In this document: one piece after another, positions 1 through 8,082 of the stretch | How the letters are laid out: each line of letters starts with the position of its first letter | How positions within the stretch are numbered: position 1 is the first letter of the stretch | IMG/VR virus record: IMGVR_UViG_3300011335_000354 | Coordinates: 1-33,559 of that record | DNA length: 33,559 nucleotides | Strand: one strand, 5' to 3' | Source: a virus | Taxonomy: Duplodnaviria; Caudoviricetes | The notes under the pieces: generated by a model | The model's database searches: none | What the model was told of the DNA's origin: nothing | Seen by the model: only the letters and a program-made list of their open reading frames with translations | Made by a program: the position numbers and the translations under genes

Positions 1-382
1 TCAAGCTAGTGTCTACTTGCTTGGCAAGCGCATAGCCCGCATCAGCAGTATAGAACTGGCGCAAGCTGTTCAAGGCTTGTGCTTCAACGATGTCCTCAAT
101 GAAACGTGAGTATTCAAAGTGTTGGTTGATGTTAACCAAAACTTCTGTCTCAGTATCTGCAATCAGAGTGACGGCAGTAGAGGCGGCTTTTGCAGAAGCT
201 GAACCACGGGTAGGAGCGGGAATGTGAACAGTGTCACCTTTCTTGCCCTTGAAGTTCATCTTCATAACGATGTTAGCCAATACAAGGTTTTTCTTGTAAG
301 CGGCTACGATTTCATCACTCCAAATTTCTGGAATGAATGTTGCTGCGGTTGTTACTGTTACCGCTGGTGTTGGATATGCCAT
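1..382 (-). CDS. Major capsid protein, N-terminal part (runs off the window edge)
   Basis: Manual translation from ATG at 382 (AGGAG RBS at 391-395): MAYPTPAVTVTTAATFIPEIWSDEIVAAYKKNLVLANIVMKMNFKGKKGDTVHIP...ALAKQVDTSL. The FIPEIWS and GDTVHIP motifs are typical of P22-coat-like HK97-fold capsids. Lies directly downstream of the scaffold gene. Confidence 0.9.
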   Translation of the reverse strand, partial: MAYPTPAVTVTTAATFIPEIWSDEIVAAYKKNLVLANIVMKMNFKGKKGDTVHIPAPTRGSASAKAASTAVTLIADTETEVLVNINQHFEYSRFIEDIVEAQALNSLRQFYTADAGYALAKQVDTSL

Positions 383-400
383 AATTAAATCTCCTAAAGT

Positions 401-1141
401 TTAACGAACTCGACCTTCTTGATATGCTGCCATAATTTCTTGACTTAGGGCATCATAACGATCTGGGTCTTGCATTTTCAGCCGAATAAGGTCTGCCCTT
501 CGGTATACCTTCTTTGATGATTCACCAGAACCACCTACATCTACACCTACTGCCTTTAAGTTCTGCTTGCGAGTTACCTCACCCTCATCACTTGTTTGCT
601 TCTGTTTAACAGAACGTAGCTGTTTATATGTCGATAGCAATTCATTGGCAGAGTCAAAATCATATCCTGCATCAGCTTGCTCAAAGATTTTAATGCGAAC
701 AGGGCTAGACTTCACCCAATTTGCAAAATCCTGATCTCTGGCAATTTCACCAAAGTCGGGATGCTCTTGCGCTAACCTCTGCTGAATTTGTGCCTTTTTC
801 ATCTCAAGAGTCGCCATGCGAGCCGCTTGGATGTCGGGGTGATTATCAACAGTCCTCTGAATTGCCTTCTGTGGATTCTCAAAGAAATCTACTTCAGGCT
901 CTTCCTGTCTAGTCTGTTGCTTGGAACTAAGGTTCTGTTTGATGAGTTCATCGGCTAACTTTCTGACCTCGCCTACTTCTTGTGCTTGCTTTCCAATGAG
1001 CTTCTCAGCCTCTTGGTGCATCCTCACAATGTCGTCTAAACTTTTATCCCTGTATTTCTCAGGGAGTTCAGGCTTTTGCTCGATCTTTTGCTGTTCAATC
1101 TCTAACTCGCCCAACTCTTCTTTGTCGTCATCAATCAACAT
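401..1141 (-). CDS. Capsid scaffolding protein
   Basis: 246 aa, acidic and coiled-coil rich, located between portal and capsid. The C-terminus (...IMAAYQEGRVR) resembles podovirus scaffolds. Confidence 0.8.
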   Translation of the reverse strand: MLIDDDKEELGELEIEQQKIEQKPELPEKYRDKSLDDIVRMHQEAEKLIGKQAQEVGEVRKLADELIKQNLSSKQQTRQEEPEVDFFENPQKAIQRTVDNHPDIQAARMATLEMKKAQIQQRLAQEHPDFGEIARDQDFANWVKSSPVRIKIFEQADAGYDFDSANELLSTYKQLRSVKQKQTSDEGEVTRKQNLKAVGVDVGGSGESSKKVYRRADLIRLKMQDPDRYDALSQEIMAAYQEGRVR

Positions 1142-1199
1142 ACTTCTTTCCTTTTCCTGCCGTCAATCGGTTGTAGGAGATTCAACTCGGCATAATTGC

Positions 1200-1427
1200 T
1201 TATGAGTTGATTTTGCGTTCAGCCTTTAACTTATCCAAATGGCTTTTCTCGAACTTCCCATGCGATGATGGAAACGCTCCAGACCACCCTTCTAAGCGAA
1301 AAGCTGGCGCTGAGAGAATGCGATGAGATTCCTCACCACACTCACACTTCAGACTTGTTGTCTCATAAACAACAAATCTCTCTGTCTTATGCCCGTTTAT
1401 ACAGGCAAATTCATACATTCTTCTCAT
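1200..1427 (-). CDS. FmdB-like zinc-ribbon protein
   Basis: MRRMYEFACINGHKTE...CECGEESHRILSAP matches the YEFxCxxGH...CxCG...R.lSaP zinc-ribbon pattern. Confidence 0.65.
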   Translation of the reverse strand: MRRMYEFACINGHKTERFVVYETTSLKCECGEESHRILSAPAFRLEGWSGAFPSSHGKFEKSHLDKLKAERKINS

Positions 1428-1650
1428 TTAAGTCCTCAAATGCTCTTTCGCTGACTTGTTTTAAGTTTTTCAGCCAAATAAGTATAGATAACTCACCTTT
1501 TCTGAATTGTAGACTTTTTTCATCCGCAATTGTTGAAATATTATTCAAAGGTTCTATCATTTTGTCAACATCCTCCATCAAATCTATCCAACCTTGTGTG
1601 GACATTGTGGAGAAACGCTCTTCGTAGTACTTTTGAAGTTCTGGGTTCAT
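1411..1650 (-). CDS. Hypothetical protein (portal-adjacent)
   Basis: 79 aa ORF overlapping the portal stop by 4 bp, in operon orientation. Confidence 0.75.
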   Translation of the reverse strand: MNPELQKYYEERFSTMSTQGWIDLMEDVDKMIEPLNNISTIADEKSLQFRKGELSILIWLKNLKQVSERAFEDLNEKNV

Positions 1651-3617
1651 TGTCTCATCATCTGTTTTTCAACAATCTTGGCCTTGTTCTGAATATCTGC
1701 TTCTTTAAGCATCAAATCAGCAACCTTGACCCGCTTATCAAACTCTCTTGAAGCCAAATCATCGTCAGTTGGCAGGTTCTTGGTGTTAGCCGCCATGCTC
1801 TTAGCTTGGAGTTCAATAGGCATCAATTGCGCTTCAGTCAATAACTTTTGCGCTTCAGCCTTGTTCTGCTCTGCTTGAGTCGTTTTGACAGCAATATCAG
1901 CCTGTGCCATCTGCATAGCCAGTTGTTGTTGCATCTGAGCCGCTTGTTGAGCTTGTGGATCAGCTACAGCCATCTTATCGAGCATCTCAATCAACTCAAA
2001 TCTGTTTGACAGAGATGAATTAGCCATGATGCCCTTCAAAATGATAGGCAAAACAGGTGTATTAGGGCCAAGAGTCTGGAGTAGGGCAATGAATTGTTGT
2101 TGCTCATGCTCTCTAGCAATGATACCGAGTGCTGCCGTAGGGATGAACTTCATGTCCACAGTAGGATAACGCTCGGGGTCAAACTGCATATAGCGATAAG
2201 CGGCTTTGGTAATGAAGGGGATCATGAAATCCTCTTGGAAGTTCACCAAGGTACGCTTGTATTTCTTGATAATCGAGGCAGTAGCCATCGAAATACCACC
2301 CTGACCCGCATCTCTGGACACCGCAGTAATCATTCCCTGAGAGTCAAGAGTGCCTGTTGCCATCAAAAGCATACGCTCAAACTCTTTGGCAGTTGTCAGG
2401 TTAGAACCATCAGTATTGCCGAACTTGAACGGGAATAGAATCTCATTGGGATTGCCGTTTGTCAGGATAGCTTTACCTGGCTTAACTTCAAACTTAGCAC
2501 CCCGTGGGAGGCGAGTAGCGTCCATAGCCATCATTGGGCTAGTTGTAAGGGCTAGTGAATCTAAGTGTGAACGAACTTGGGCATCTATGGCTTTTTGTGA
2601 GTTGTAAGCCTTCTCAACAGTACCACGACCCAACAAGCGATTAGGAACTGTATCGTCTTGATAAGCAAGGATTGGTCTATCCTTCATCATGTATGGATTG
2701 GCTTCTGCTTTGAGAAGCGTTCCATCATTGGCGATTACTACGATTGCTTCAACCAAATCGGAATACTCATCTTGGATGGTGTCTTCAGGAAAGAAATCCT
2801 CTACTTCACCATCTTCGTTTTCCAACTGTTCTAGGTACTCACGGGGAACTAAACCATAGTAAGTTAGCAGTTTTACCTTGTCATCTTCGTACTGAGAGAC
2901 CTCTTGGGTAGGCTCTAAGTCTGTATCCATCGAGTCAGTGCCGACCTTTACCTTACGGTAAATGCCATCTTCTTGACCTTTGACGATCTTGTGGATTGAG
3001 ACGTACTTCTCAATAGCCACACCCATACAGTCATCAATAGATGTCCCATTGGGGTCAAACAGGAAGTTACGAGGGTTTACAGGAACAATCTTGACTGCAA
3101 TGCGGTCTCTTTCCTCTACACCGATAGCGGCTTGTCCCACTTGACCAGGAATAGCCTGAGTAGCGGGAACAAAGACTTTCTCTGTTTTAACAACAATCTC
3201 ACCGATGCCCGTACCATAAATCTCAGCCAACAGCTCAATCTGGTCAATAGACTTGCGAATCTTGTCTACTTTGAAGTCTTCCATGAGTTGTGCTTTGATA
3301 GCAGCAACATCTAGGGGACTACCATTGACATCACGAATATCGTCTTGAATGTCAAAAAACTCACCCTGACCAAAGATAGCTTCCATGATCTCGGCATGGC
3401 GTGTCTCTACGGCTTGCTGGGTAGCGGGGGTAACGATACGGCTACGCTCTGAGTCCCTAGTCTTGTCTTGGGCATCCCACTCACCATTGAAGATACGCTC
3501 GTACTCTAGCCAATCATCAAGACAGTTAACATCTCTCCAATCCCTCCAACGATCACAATGGTTAACAACAAAGTTAACTATTTCCTTGTCGGAATCGGTT
3601 GGTTCTTGATATTCCAT
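1647..3617 (-). CDS. Portal protein (P22-like, with Q-rich C-terminal coiled coil)
   Basis: About 656 aa directly after terL. Contains NFLFDP and GRGTVEKAYNSQKAID-type segments and a long helical C-terminus. ATG at 3617 is preferred over GTG at 3629 because of the GGGGA RBS. Confidence 0.9.
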   Translation of the reverse strand: MEYQEPTDSDKEIVNFVVNHCDRWRDWRDVNCLDDWLEYERIFNGEWDAQDKTRDSERSRIVTPATQQAVETRHAEIMEAIFGQGEFFDIQDDIRDVNGSPLDVAAIKAQLMEDFKVDKIRKSIDQIELLAEIYGTGIGEIVVKTEKVFVPATQAIPGQVGQAAIGVEERDRIAVKIVPVNPRNFLFDPNGTSIDDCMGVAIEKYVSIHKIVKGQEDGIYRKVKVGTDSMDTDLEPTQEVSQYEDDKVKLLTYYGLVPREYLEQLENEDGEVEDFFPEDTIQDEYSDLVEAIVVIANDGTLLKAEANPYMMKDRPILAYQDDTVPNRLLGRGTVEKAYNSQKAIDAQVRSHLDSLALTTSPMMAMDATRLPRGAKFEVKPGKAILTNGNPNEILFPFKFGNTDGSNLTTAKEFERMLLMATGTLDSQGMITAVSRDAGQGGISMATASIIKKYKRTLVNFQEDFMIPFITKAAYRYMQFDPERYPTVDMKFIPTAALGIIAREHEQQQFIALLQTLGPNTPVLPIILKGIMANSSLSNRFELIEMLDKMAVADPQAQQAAQMQQQLAMQMAQADIAVKTTQAEQNKAEAQKLLTEAQLMPIELQAKSMAANTKNLPTDDDLASREFDKRVKVADLMLKEADIQNKAKIVEKQMMRQ

Positions 3618-3640
3618 CTTATTCCCCACTAATATTTAGG

Positions 3641-4900
3641 TTAACAACCCGAAATTATGTCTAACGGCTGCCAATCCTCGGAGTCATCTTCTTCCATATA
3701 CGAAGTGACAGCAAGTTGGTCAATGTAACTAAGGGAGTCAGGCAAGTCATCGTGTACCCCTTGTGCAGGGAACAGGATTAACTGGTCTACAAACTCATCC
3801 CAATCTTCTTCCGAATTTAACACAATTCTGCCATGCTCGAACCTACCTTGTAAAGCCCAGATGATTCTGTCCGCTTTTTTTCTATTCCCATGCGTCAAAT
3901 CTACGATGTGGGCATAGGTGTTGTTTTTTCGCATAAGGTCGCTTAGATAGGGCAAAACAGCGTTCTTTAGTGCCCCCCTCTCTATCCCTACACTAAGGGG
4001 TCGGTAGTCCCTAATGGCTATCAGAATCTTAGAGGCAGTCTCACGGATATCCCATCTCCCGTGTTCAATCTTCTCAACAAACCACTTACCATCGTCTGTG
4101 ACCTTTACGATTGAGATAGCAGACTCATCCAGACGCTTCTTAGAATTGGCTGCTTGTTTGGCAACCTCCTCGAATCCTGCAAGGTCAACAGCGATGTAAT
4201 AGCTTCCATGTTCAGGCTTTACTCCGTATTTGATCCACTCTTCCTTGAAGATGTCCGAGCCAGCATTGGTGAAACTCGCCATGTACTCTTGCTTAAAAGC
4301 AAAGGTACTCAGGGTTTTCTTGGCACTTTCTATCTCTTTTGCGTCAATCAAGGGGTTATCAGCAGTGGTGAAGTGCCAACTCTTCCAATCAGGATCATCC
4401 TCGCTCTCACCCAACTTGAAGGTGTCGTAGAACCAGTTACGTCCTTTTGGAGTGCCGATGAAGAGTGCTCTACCCCGTTTATCAGATAACGAAGCCCTGA
4501 TGACCTGCTCCCACGCTTCGGGTTTGATGTCGGCTACCTCATCCAGTACGGCATAGGTCAGAGAGACTCCACGAAGGGTATCGGGTCTATCCGCACCACG
4601 GACGTAGATTCTTGCTCCGTTTATCAGGGTGATATCCAAGTTGTTTACGTGGGAGGACTGAATTACCTCTCTACCAAGGTCTAGCAGTAAGTCCCAGATA
4701 ATTTGCCTCGACTGCCCCATCGTAGGAGACACATAAAGCACCGCAGAGCCTTGTGGACACTTGAGTCCTTCTATCAGTAGGGTAACTGCCGCCATCCTAC
4801 TCTTTCCACACCTACGCCCAGCAGCCACAACCTTAAACCGAGTCGTGTCTTTAAATACCTCTTGTTGCCAAGGAAGGAGACTAAAGTTCAGATCAGCCAT
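3641..4900 (-). CDS. terL: Terminase large subunit
   Basis: Walker A AAGRRCGKS, Walker B YAVLDE, coupling motif GTP, nuclease motifs IAVDLA and HDDLPD. Confidence 0.96.
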   Translation of the reverse strand: MADLNFSLLPWQQEVFKDTTRFKVVAAGRRCGKSRMAAVTLLIEGLKCPQGSAVLYVSPTMGQSRQIIWDLLLDLGREVIQSSHVNNLDITLINGARIYVRGADRPDTLRGVSLTYAVLDEVADIKPEAWEQVIRASLSDKRGRALFIGTPKGRNWFYDTFKLGESEDDPDWKSWHFTTADNPLIDAKEIESAKKTLSTFAFKQEYMASFTNAGSDIFKEEWIKYGVKPEHGSYYIAVDLAGFEEVAKQAANSKKRLDESAISIVKVTDDGKWFVEKIEHGRWDIRETASKILIAIRDYRPLSVGIERGALKNAVLPYLSDLMRKNNTYAHIVDLTHGNRKKADRIIWALQGRFEHGRIVLNSEEDWDEFVDQLILFPAQGVHDDLPDSLSYIDQLAVTSYMEEDDSEDWQPLDIISGC

Positions 4901-5273
4901 ATTTAGCCTCTACATCTTCTGCTTGCTCAACAATGGTCGGCTCTTGTCCTAGTCCAGTGATATTGATCGTCACAGCACTCCTTTGGCTCTTGTCCTTCTC
5001 AAACATTGAGATTGGCAAGGTTCGGTCTAAACACATCTTCAAAGCCACCAATTGATGTGGATGGTCATCATTAAGGGCTATCTCTATCACCTTCTGAGCA
5101 ACATCCTTACCCCCAGACCGAATCATCAACTCCTTAAGCTCCTTGAGCCTCTGGTGGTCTGTCTTAGGCAATACAGATGGAGGATTGTCAGCAAACCTCT
5201 GTATGGTCATCTTGACACTTCCTTTTGGTCTTCCTCTTCCTCGTTTCAATTGTTCCACTTTAGTCCTTTTCAT
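4893..5273 (-). CDS. Putative terminase small subunit
   Basis: 126 aa overlapping the terL start. N-terminal AT-hook-like RGRGRPKGS, helical core, and C-terminal VTINITG strand. Confidence 0.65.
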   Translation of the reverse strand: MKRTKVEQLKRGRGRPKGSVKMTIQRFADNPPSVLPKTDHQRLKELKELMIRSGGKDVAQKVIEIALNDDHPHQLVALKMCLDRTLPISMFEKDKSQRSAVTINITGLGQEPTIVEQAEDVEAKYG

Positions 5274-5336
5274 TTTAGCTTTTTAGGAGGATGGGAGGCT
5301 TTTTCCCCATTTCCCTTTTTCAGAGGATAGGAGGCT
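5271..5336. repeat. Imperfect tandem duplication (~30 bp) covering the terS start region
   Basis: CATTTTAGCTTTTTAGGAGGATGGGAGGCT (5271-5300) versus CATTTCCCTTTTTCAGAGGATAGGAGGCT (5308-5336). Confidence 0.6.
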
Positions 5337-5392
5337 CCATCAAATTCTACACACACACGCTACCCTCCCCCCCCCTGTCTTTCCATACAGCA

Positions 5393-5465
5393 TAGGGTTT
5401 TTACCTACTCGTTTACCCTTACACGTTTACCCTCATATGGTTACTACTCATAGGGTTTACCCTTA
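5393..5465. repeat. Cluster of short GTTTACCCT / TAGGGTTT repeats in the presumed genome-end region
   Basis: TAGGGTTTTTACCTA at 5393, CGTTTACCCT at 5410 and 5424, TAGGGTTTACCCTTA at 5451. Confidence 0.7.
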
Positions 5466-5470
5466 GTGCT

Positions 5471-5491
5471 AAATGCGAATGATTCTTATTT
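5471..5491. promoter_or_regulatory. Fur-box-like palindrome
   Basis: AAATGCGAAT-G-ATTCTTATTT has 2 mismatches to the 9-1-9 form AATGAGAATNATTCTCATT. Confidence 0.55.
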
Positions 5492-5580
5492 GCAATATGG
5501 TTATGTTTTATAACTAAGTGAGAGAGTAAACGATGCACCATTTTCAGGGTACTTGTTTTATTGTTTATCATTGTGTTCCC

Positions 5581-5844
5581 TCACCCGTTCTCTCTATCTA
5601 CCCTTACTCTATCCATTACTGATTGATCTGTTTTGGGGCTGTTTGTTTGTTCGCGCCCTATATTTAAAAAACTCATATCCATTGTCGGCCTATACCCTAG
5701 ATTGTGAACGTGTTGATATAGGGACAATAGGTTTTCAAAACCCCTGGACAAATTACCCTCACCAGCTGCTAACATGATCTGTTTTTGGGGGCTTGATAGT
5801 GTTCGCTGGAAATACCTTGTATTAGGGCTTGAAGGTCTACCCAT
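5581..5844 (-). CDS. Hypothetical protein, possible small DNA-binding regulator
   Basis: 87 aa with an AAGGGA RBS and a TACAAT -10 at 5871-5876 (minus). Divergent from the early operon. Confidence 0.55.
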   Translation of the reverse strand: MGRPSSPNTRYFQRTLSSPQKQIMLAAGEGNLSRGFENLLSLYQHVHNLGYRPTMDMSFLNIGREQTNSPKTDQSVMDRVRVDRENG

Positions 5845-5882
5845 AAATTTCCCTTAAATAATTTGAAATAATTGTACTTTAT

Positions 5883-5925
5883 TAGGGTTTGTCCTAATAG
5901 TTTTTTCTTTTTTAGGCCATAAAAT
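5883..5925 (+). promoter_or_regulatory. Early promoter 1: palindromic box plus -10
   Basis: TAGGGTTTGTCCTA (5883-5896) and TAAAAT at 5920-5925, followed by the hairpin CGTTCA-ACG-TGAACG. Confidence 0.6.
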
Positions 5926-5966
5926 TCTTATACGTTCAACGTGAACGGGCAACAAAGGGCTTTAAT

Positions 5967-6149
5967 ATGAAATTTGCTTTTATCCCAAAACGTCAATACA
6001 AAATTGGCCAATACATTCAAGTGCATGGCAAAACAATGCGGATTGCCAGCTACACACACACGGGCCGTAATGTCATTGTGCAATCATTGTTTGGTGCACC
6101 TAAATTTGAGCAGATCGTTTGCATTTGCACCGATTTACCCTCACTCTAA
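5967..6149 (+). CDS. Hypothetical early protein
   Basis: 60 aa with an AAGGG RBS. First gene after the promoter. Confidence 0.7.
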   Translation: MKFAFIPKRQYKIGQYIQVHGKTMRIASYTHTGRNVIVQSLFGAPKFEQIVCICTDLPSL

Positions 6150-6162
6150 GGGGCTAAAAATG
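6147..6162 (+). repeat. 16-bp stop-RBS-start junction TAAGGGGCTAAAAATG, copy 1 of 3 (also 6587-6602 and 8070-8085)
   Basis: Three exact copies, each joining the TAA of one gene to the ATG of the next. Confidence 0.9.
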
Positions 6163-6255
6163 CACGATCAATTTTTAGACTATGCCGCTGCCATTGCAAT
6201 CGGTCTTATGCTTTGCATAGGTTTACTTGATTATTTTGATATTTTAGTTAAATAG
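6160..6255 (+). CDS. Small membrane protein (31 aa)
   Basis: MHDQFLDYAAAIAIGLMLCIGLLDYFDILVK, one hydrophobic segment. Starts at the junction repeat. Confidence 0.65.
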   Translation: MHDQFLDYAAAIAIGLMLCIGLLDYFDILVK

Positions 6256-6283
6256 TTCACATTTTAAAGATAGGCGTTACATT

Positions 6284-6589
6284 ATGGACAAAATTACACA
6301 ATCAATAGAATCCCTCAATAGGGCTAAAAACGGGGATTCACTCGCAAATTATCAGGCAATCATGCAAGGGTTTGCCGATAAGGGAATCCCTCATGCGGAC
6401 ATTATCCCTAGGGAAAACGTGTTCACCTACAATGCTTGGTTAGCCCTTAATAGACAAGTAAGAAAAGGGGAAAAGGGCGTGAAAGTAGTGACATGGATTC
6501 CAGCGAAAGAAAAGGATTCTGAAGGTTCTTTTATGCTTTGTAGGCGATCTACTGTTTTCCATATTTCACAAACCGATTCTATACAGTAA
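6284..6589 (+). CDS. ArdC N-terminal-like ssDNA-binding domain protein
   Basis: TYNAWLALNRQVRKGEKGVKV and VFHISQTD match the ArdC/DUF1738 N-terminal motifs. No zincin protease domain is present. Confidence 0.75.
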   Translation: MDKITQSIESLNRAKNGDSLANYQAIMQGFADKGIPHADIIPRENVFTYNAWLALNRQVRKGEKGVKVVTWIPAKEKDSEGSFMLCRRSTVFHISQTDSIQ

Positions 6590-6599
6590 GGGGCTAAAA

Positions 6600-6725
6600 A
6601 TGAAACCTACACTATGCACAATTACGGGTTTTTGGTTTGTCACGGGTTATTTGACGGGCCGCAAATACTGGGGGGCAACACCTAGGGATTGTGAACAAAA
6701 CGCACAATTATATTTTTACCGATAA
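6600..6725 (+). CDS. Hypothetical early protein (41 aa)
   Basis: Manual translation MKPTLCTITGFWFVTGYLTGRKYWGATPRDCEQNAQLYFYR. Starts at the junction repeat. Confidence 0.6.
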   Translation: MKPTLCTITGFWFVTGYLTGRKYWGATPRDCEQNAQLYFYR

Positions 6726-6727
6726 AT

Positions 6728-6770
6728 TAGGGTTTTACCCTATTGCCTGGGGGTTTTGTGCCCCTAGAAT
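6728..6770 (+). promoter_or_regulatory. Early promoter 2: palindromic box, -35 and -10
   Basis: TAGGGTTTTACCCTA (6728-6742), TTGCCT (6743-6748), 16-nt spacer, TAGAAT (6765-6770). Confidence 0.7.
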
Positions 6771-6798
6771 TCTAATTTTCAACTTAAAAGGTTTCAAT

Positions 6799-6975
6799 AT
6801 GAAATATTTATTCAACGTGTACGCTAAGGGCGATTTTAGCGTGACAACTATCATGGCAGCTTCTATTGACGAAGCATTTAAGATATTTTGCGAGCATAGG
6901 GGTTTAGATGGCATTAAACCCACTGTTTACGCTGAAACCAATATGCATGGTATTCAAGTTAAACAAGTTGGCTAA
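6799..6975 (+). CDS. Hypothetical early protein (58 aa)
   Basis: ATG at 6799 with an AAAGGT RBS. The longer ORF-track start lies inside the previous gene and upstream of the promoter. Confidence 0.65.
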   Translation: MKYLFNVYAKGDFSVTTIMAASIDEAFKIFCEHRGLDGIKPTVYAETNMHGIQVKQVG

Positions 6976-6977
6976 AC

Positions 6978-7035
6978 CTTAGACTGTTAGCCCTTAGATT
7001 AGGGGCTAATTGCCTAGTGTTTTACTAGGGTTTCA
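6978..7035 (+). other. Double-hairpin intergenic element, copy A
   Basis: TTAGCCCTTA-GAT-TAGGGGCTAA followed by CCTAGT-GTTTT-ACTAGG. A homologous copy at 7683-7741 has compensatory changes. Confidence 0.7.
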
Positions 7036-7059
7036 TTAACTTTTTTAATAGGCTATACC

Positions 7060-7680
7060 ATGAAAATCACATTAAAAACTAGCGTTTTACGTGCAGCTTT
7101 AATCTGCTCAGCAAAAAAAGACCTTCGTTACTATTTGCAAGGGGTTTGTATTTCAATCAATCATCCCGACATTGCAATGGTTTACGGAACCGATGGTCAC
7201 ATTTTATTTGCTGGTCAATGCCCGATTGTTTGCCATGTTGCCCCTGAAAATTACGGGTTTCAGATAATTATTCCCTCCGATACGATCAAGGCCATTGATA
7301 AAAGGGTTGAATTTATTGATCTTGAAACGATTGAAGGGGGCGCTAAGGACTATTATTTGCTGGGTAATGCACGTTTTCAGGCAATAGACGCACGTTATCC
7401 CGATATTTCCCGTGTAGTACCCGCTAGAGATGCGTTTTCAGAGATAAAAGCAAGCTATTTTGACCCTGAGTTGTTAGTTAAGGGTAACGAAGCATTAGCC
7501 ATGTATTACGGGGCTAAAAAGGGTAAGGTTTTCCCATTGTCTCAACGGGGGGACTATTCAGGGGCTATTCACAATAACCAAAATGATGCGGTGGTGGTGG
7601 TCATGCCAATGCGTAACGATGCGGGAAATTATCAAGGGTTAAACCCTGATTTTATGCAAGTACAGCAAAAAGCCGCTTAA
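7060..7680 (+). CDS. DNA polymerase III beta (sliding clamp)-like protein, truncated to about two domains
   Basis: Motifs DLRYYLQGV, GTDGH, IIIP, IDARYPDISRVVP and C-terminal VVMPMR are characteristic of DnaN domains 2-3. Only 206 aa. Confidence 0.8.
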   Translation: MKITLKTSVLRAALICSAKKDLRYYLQGVCISINHPDIAMVYGTDGHILFAGQCPIVCHVAPENYGFQIIIPSDTIKAIDKRVEFIDLETIEGGAKDYYLLGNARFQAIDARYPDISRVVPARDAFSEIKASYFDPELLVKGNEALAMYYGAKKGKVFPLSQRGDYSGAIHNNQNDAVVVVMPMRNDAGNYQGLNPDFMQVQQKAA

Positions 7681-7682
7681 TA

Positions 7683-7741
7683 CTTAGCCTGTTGACCCTT
7701 AATTTAGGGGTCAATGGCCTAGGTATTTCCCTAGGTTTTCA
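7683..7741 (+). other. Double-hairpin intergenic element, copy B
   Basis: TTGACCCTTA-ATT-TAGGGGTCAA followed by CCTAGG-TATTTC-CCTAGG. Confidence 0.7.
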
Positions 7742-7757
7742 ATCAATAGGTTTCAAC

Positions 7758-8072
7758 ATGAAAACAACTGTTTACTTTTCAGATTTTTGCGACTACTTCA
7801 ACAAAATTCGCCCTTCAAATTTTTCTTATAAGGGTTTACGTATTCTTTTCGATTATCTTGAAGATATTGATGGCGATTTTGAATTAGACGTTATCGGTTT
7901 ATGTTGCGATTTTGCTGAGTCAGATTATGAAACTATTGCAGCCGATTATTCTATTGAATTAGACCCTGAGATGGACGAAGATTACCAAAAACAGCAAGTT
8001 ATCGAGCACCTAGAGGGTGAAGGGGCTTATGTTGGCGACTCGATCAATGGCATTGTTTATCGTCATTTCTAA
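7758..8072 (+). CDS. Highly acidic early protein (104 aa), candidate DNA mimic
   Basis: ATG at 7758. About 24 D/E versus 7 K/R by manual count. Confidence 0.75.
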   Translation: MKTTVYFSDFCDYFNKIRPSNFSYKGLRILFDYLEDIDGDFELDVIGLCCDFAESDYETIAADYSIELDPEMDEDYQKQQVIEHLEGEGAYVGDSINGIVYRHF

Positions 8073-8082
8073 GGGGCTAAAA

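Noticed and set aside
721-5330. Many + strand ORFs opposite scaffold, portal and terminase
   Set aside because: They are shadows of well-supported minus-strand genes with no recognisable motifs.
6320-7520. Partial GGGCTAAAAA matches at ~6321 and ~7511
   Set aside because: They lie inside coding sequence (Ala-Lys codons) and lack the stop and start context of the junction repeat.
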